DNA of 63,722 nucleotides, the filler included, from Folioceros fuciformis (lineage: Eukaryota): assembly GCA_049999805.1 (NCBI GenBank). It is 11 parts of 11 records of this genome, joined end to end, with 100 filler letters (N's around TTAATTAATTAA, not from the genome) between each part and the next. Parts side by side here need not be neighbours in the genome. Positions count along the whole stretch, not along the records: positions 62,323 to 63,722 come from JBNGIO010001204.1; 10 more parts are not named here. The stretch is one strand, 5' to 3'. The notes below the pieces were generated by a model that saw only the letters and a program-made list of their open reading frames with translations, was not told the origin of the DNA and did not search any database. Each line of letters opens with the position of its first letter. Positions within the stretch are counted from its first letter, which is position 1. Shown here one piece after another: positions 62,323 to 63,722 of this stretch. A program made the position numbers and the translations under genes.

Positions 62323-63722
62323 ATTACTCTTAAGATAAGTAATACCGAGATAGATACACCTCTAGCTACTATTACTAGTAATACTAGATACCTATCTAAA
62401 CTAGTAAAGAAATCTAATAAGTATTATAGTAACTATTAGAAGTTAGAATAGTAGATTATCTAGTAAAATATCTACTTCTATCTTAACTCTAATATTAATA
62501 CTAATAATTAAGTTATCTTAGTTACTACCTATATAAGAAAAGAAGTCTAAGACTAGATAACTTCTTTTTTTACTAAGTATATAGATAATAATATTACTAA
62601 TACTAAAAATATAAGAATATTTAAAGACTAGTTAGTCTTTAAAGACTACTTTAGAACTATCTTTAAAGTTTAGAAAAAAGAAGCTTAAACTAAATACTAA
62701 ATCTAGTACTTATAGTAGACTAAATTAGTTACTAAGTATACTATCTAATTTTAATAAATCTCTACTAGAATAAATTAGAATAATAATACTCTTAAGAAGA
62801 TATTCTATTAAGAACTTAAGCTATAAGTATACACTAAGTTTATATATAGTAGATTAAGTCTTAATATACTTAAAGAACTTCTTAATAAAAGTATCTATAT
62901 AGATAATAAGCTATATAAGTTAGAGCTTAAAGAATAAAGCTTTTATTAATAAAGAAATCTAGCTAATATAAATAAAAGAAAGTATACCTACTCTTAAAGC
63001 TCTTAAAAGGCTTATACTATAGAATACTATATCTCTAGCTAACTTAAAGTAATATACTTAGATAATATTAATTAGAAAGATAAGAAATAGAAAAAATTTA
63101 TAAAAAAGAAAGATAAGAATAATAAGAAAATATACTATAACTATAGTAAACTAGAGTACTTTACTAGAGACTATAAGTCTAAGAATAAAGTAATATATTA
63201 TATTAGTAGTATAATAAGTAGAAGAAGCTATAATATCTTTAACTAAATACTTAATATTCTTACTTAAGTAGAGAAAGAGAATAAAAGAAATTACTAGACT
63301 ATTATAATACTACTTATATCTAAATTAGATAGAAACTCTATACTAAATAGTATATTAGAACTAAATAGAAACTCTATTATAGAGATAATCTAGAGATTAT
63401 ATAATAATATAGAAATACTTAGTAATTAAGTTAACTAGATAAGAATTTAGAGTAATAATAAAAAGTATATTAAGAAAAATAAGAAAAATATTCTACTAGA
63501 TATAGATAAGTAGAATATTTCTAAAAATACTATAAACTACTAGAACTTTATATAGTAGTACTAATAAGAGAATATAGCTAAATAAAAGAAGTAAGAAAGT
63601 CTACTCTAAGAAGGCCTAGTTAATCTAGAAGATAAAGAAAAATAGTAGAAAACTTATAACTATAATAGAAATATATACTTAAGTAAAAGGCTAGTATATA
63701 GAGTATATAGAGCTTATAGACT
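62323..63722 (+). mobile_element. RIP-like hypermutated Ty3/Gypsy gag region, probably of ascomycete origin
   Basis: Extremely AT-rich, TpA-saturated and almost free of CpA/TpG. 63133-63177 reads YYNYSKLEYFTRDYK, which reverts to the zinc knuckle CYNCGKPGHFARDCK by undoing only C>T/G>A changes. Upstream remnants fit a retrotransposon gag (L.KIFY..LK, SI.IDNKLY). Confidence 0.85.

Noticed and set aside
62323-63722. Organellar DNA or a simple AT-rich plant satellite
   Set aside because: No organellar genes or periodicity are visible. The specific CpA/TpG loss and the recoverable zinc knuckle point to a mutated retrotransposon.

Overview
This is eukaryotic nuclear DNA and not one continuous locus. 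Ten identical artificial 100-bp spacers (N44-TTAATTAATTAA-N44) split the window into 11 contigs, so adjacency across a spacer carries no information. Ten contigs look like a compact land-plant genome with short GT-AG introns and GC-rich exons. I infer a non-seed plant (fern-like or bryophyte/lycophyte), mainly from the PLD-type PGS1. Recognisable genes: PsaN, a damaged RBM18-like RRM gene, mitochondrial lipoamide dehydrogenase, RHIP1, PLD-type PGS1, a ricin-B/DUF642-like single-pass membrane protein, glutamate decarboxylase, a class I small HSP, a type-A response regulator, an HD-ZIP II, FAAH, two tandem DsbA/FrnE-like genes, an hnRNP-U-like SPRY/P-loop gene, DDX11/ChlR1 and NDPK2. Mobile DNA: an open Ty1/Copia pol fragment, four decayed CRE-like (restriction-like endonuclease) non-LTR copies, and a fungal Tad-like RT-RNase H-CCHC LINE relic on the same contig as the plant GAD gene. 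The last contig (62323-63722) is different. It is a Ty3/Gypsy gag hypermutated by C>T/G>A changes in the pattern of fungal RIP, most simply a co-assembled ascomycete. I found no novel multi-gene system that I can demonstrate from sequence alone. The best leads are the Tad-like LINE, the RIP contig, the kinase-less double-lectin membrane protein and the CRE family. All family assignments come from motif recognition, not database searches, and TE boundaries are approximate.
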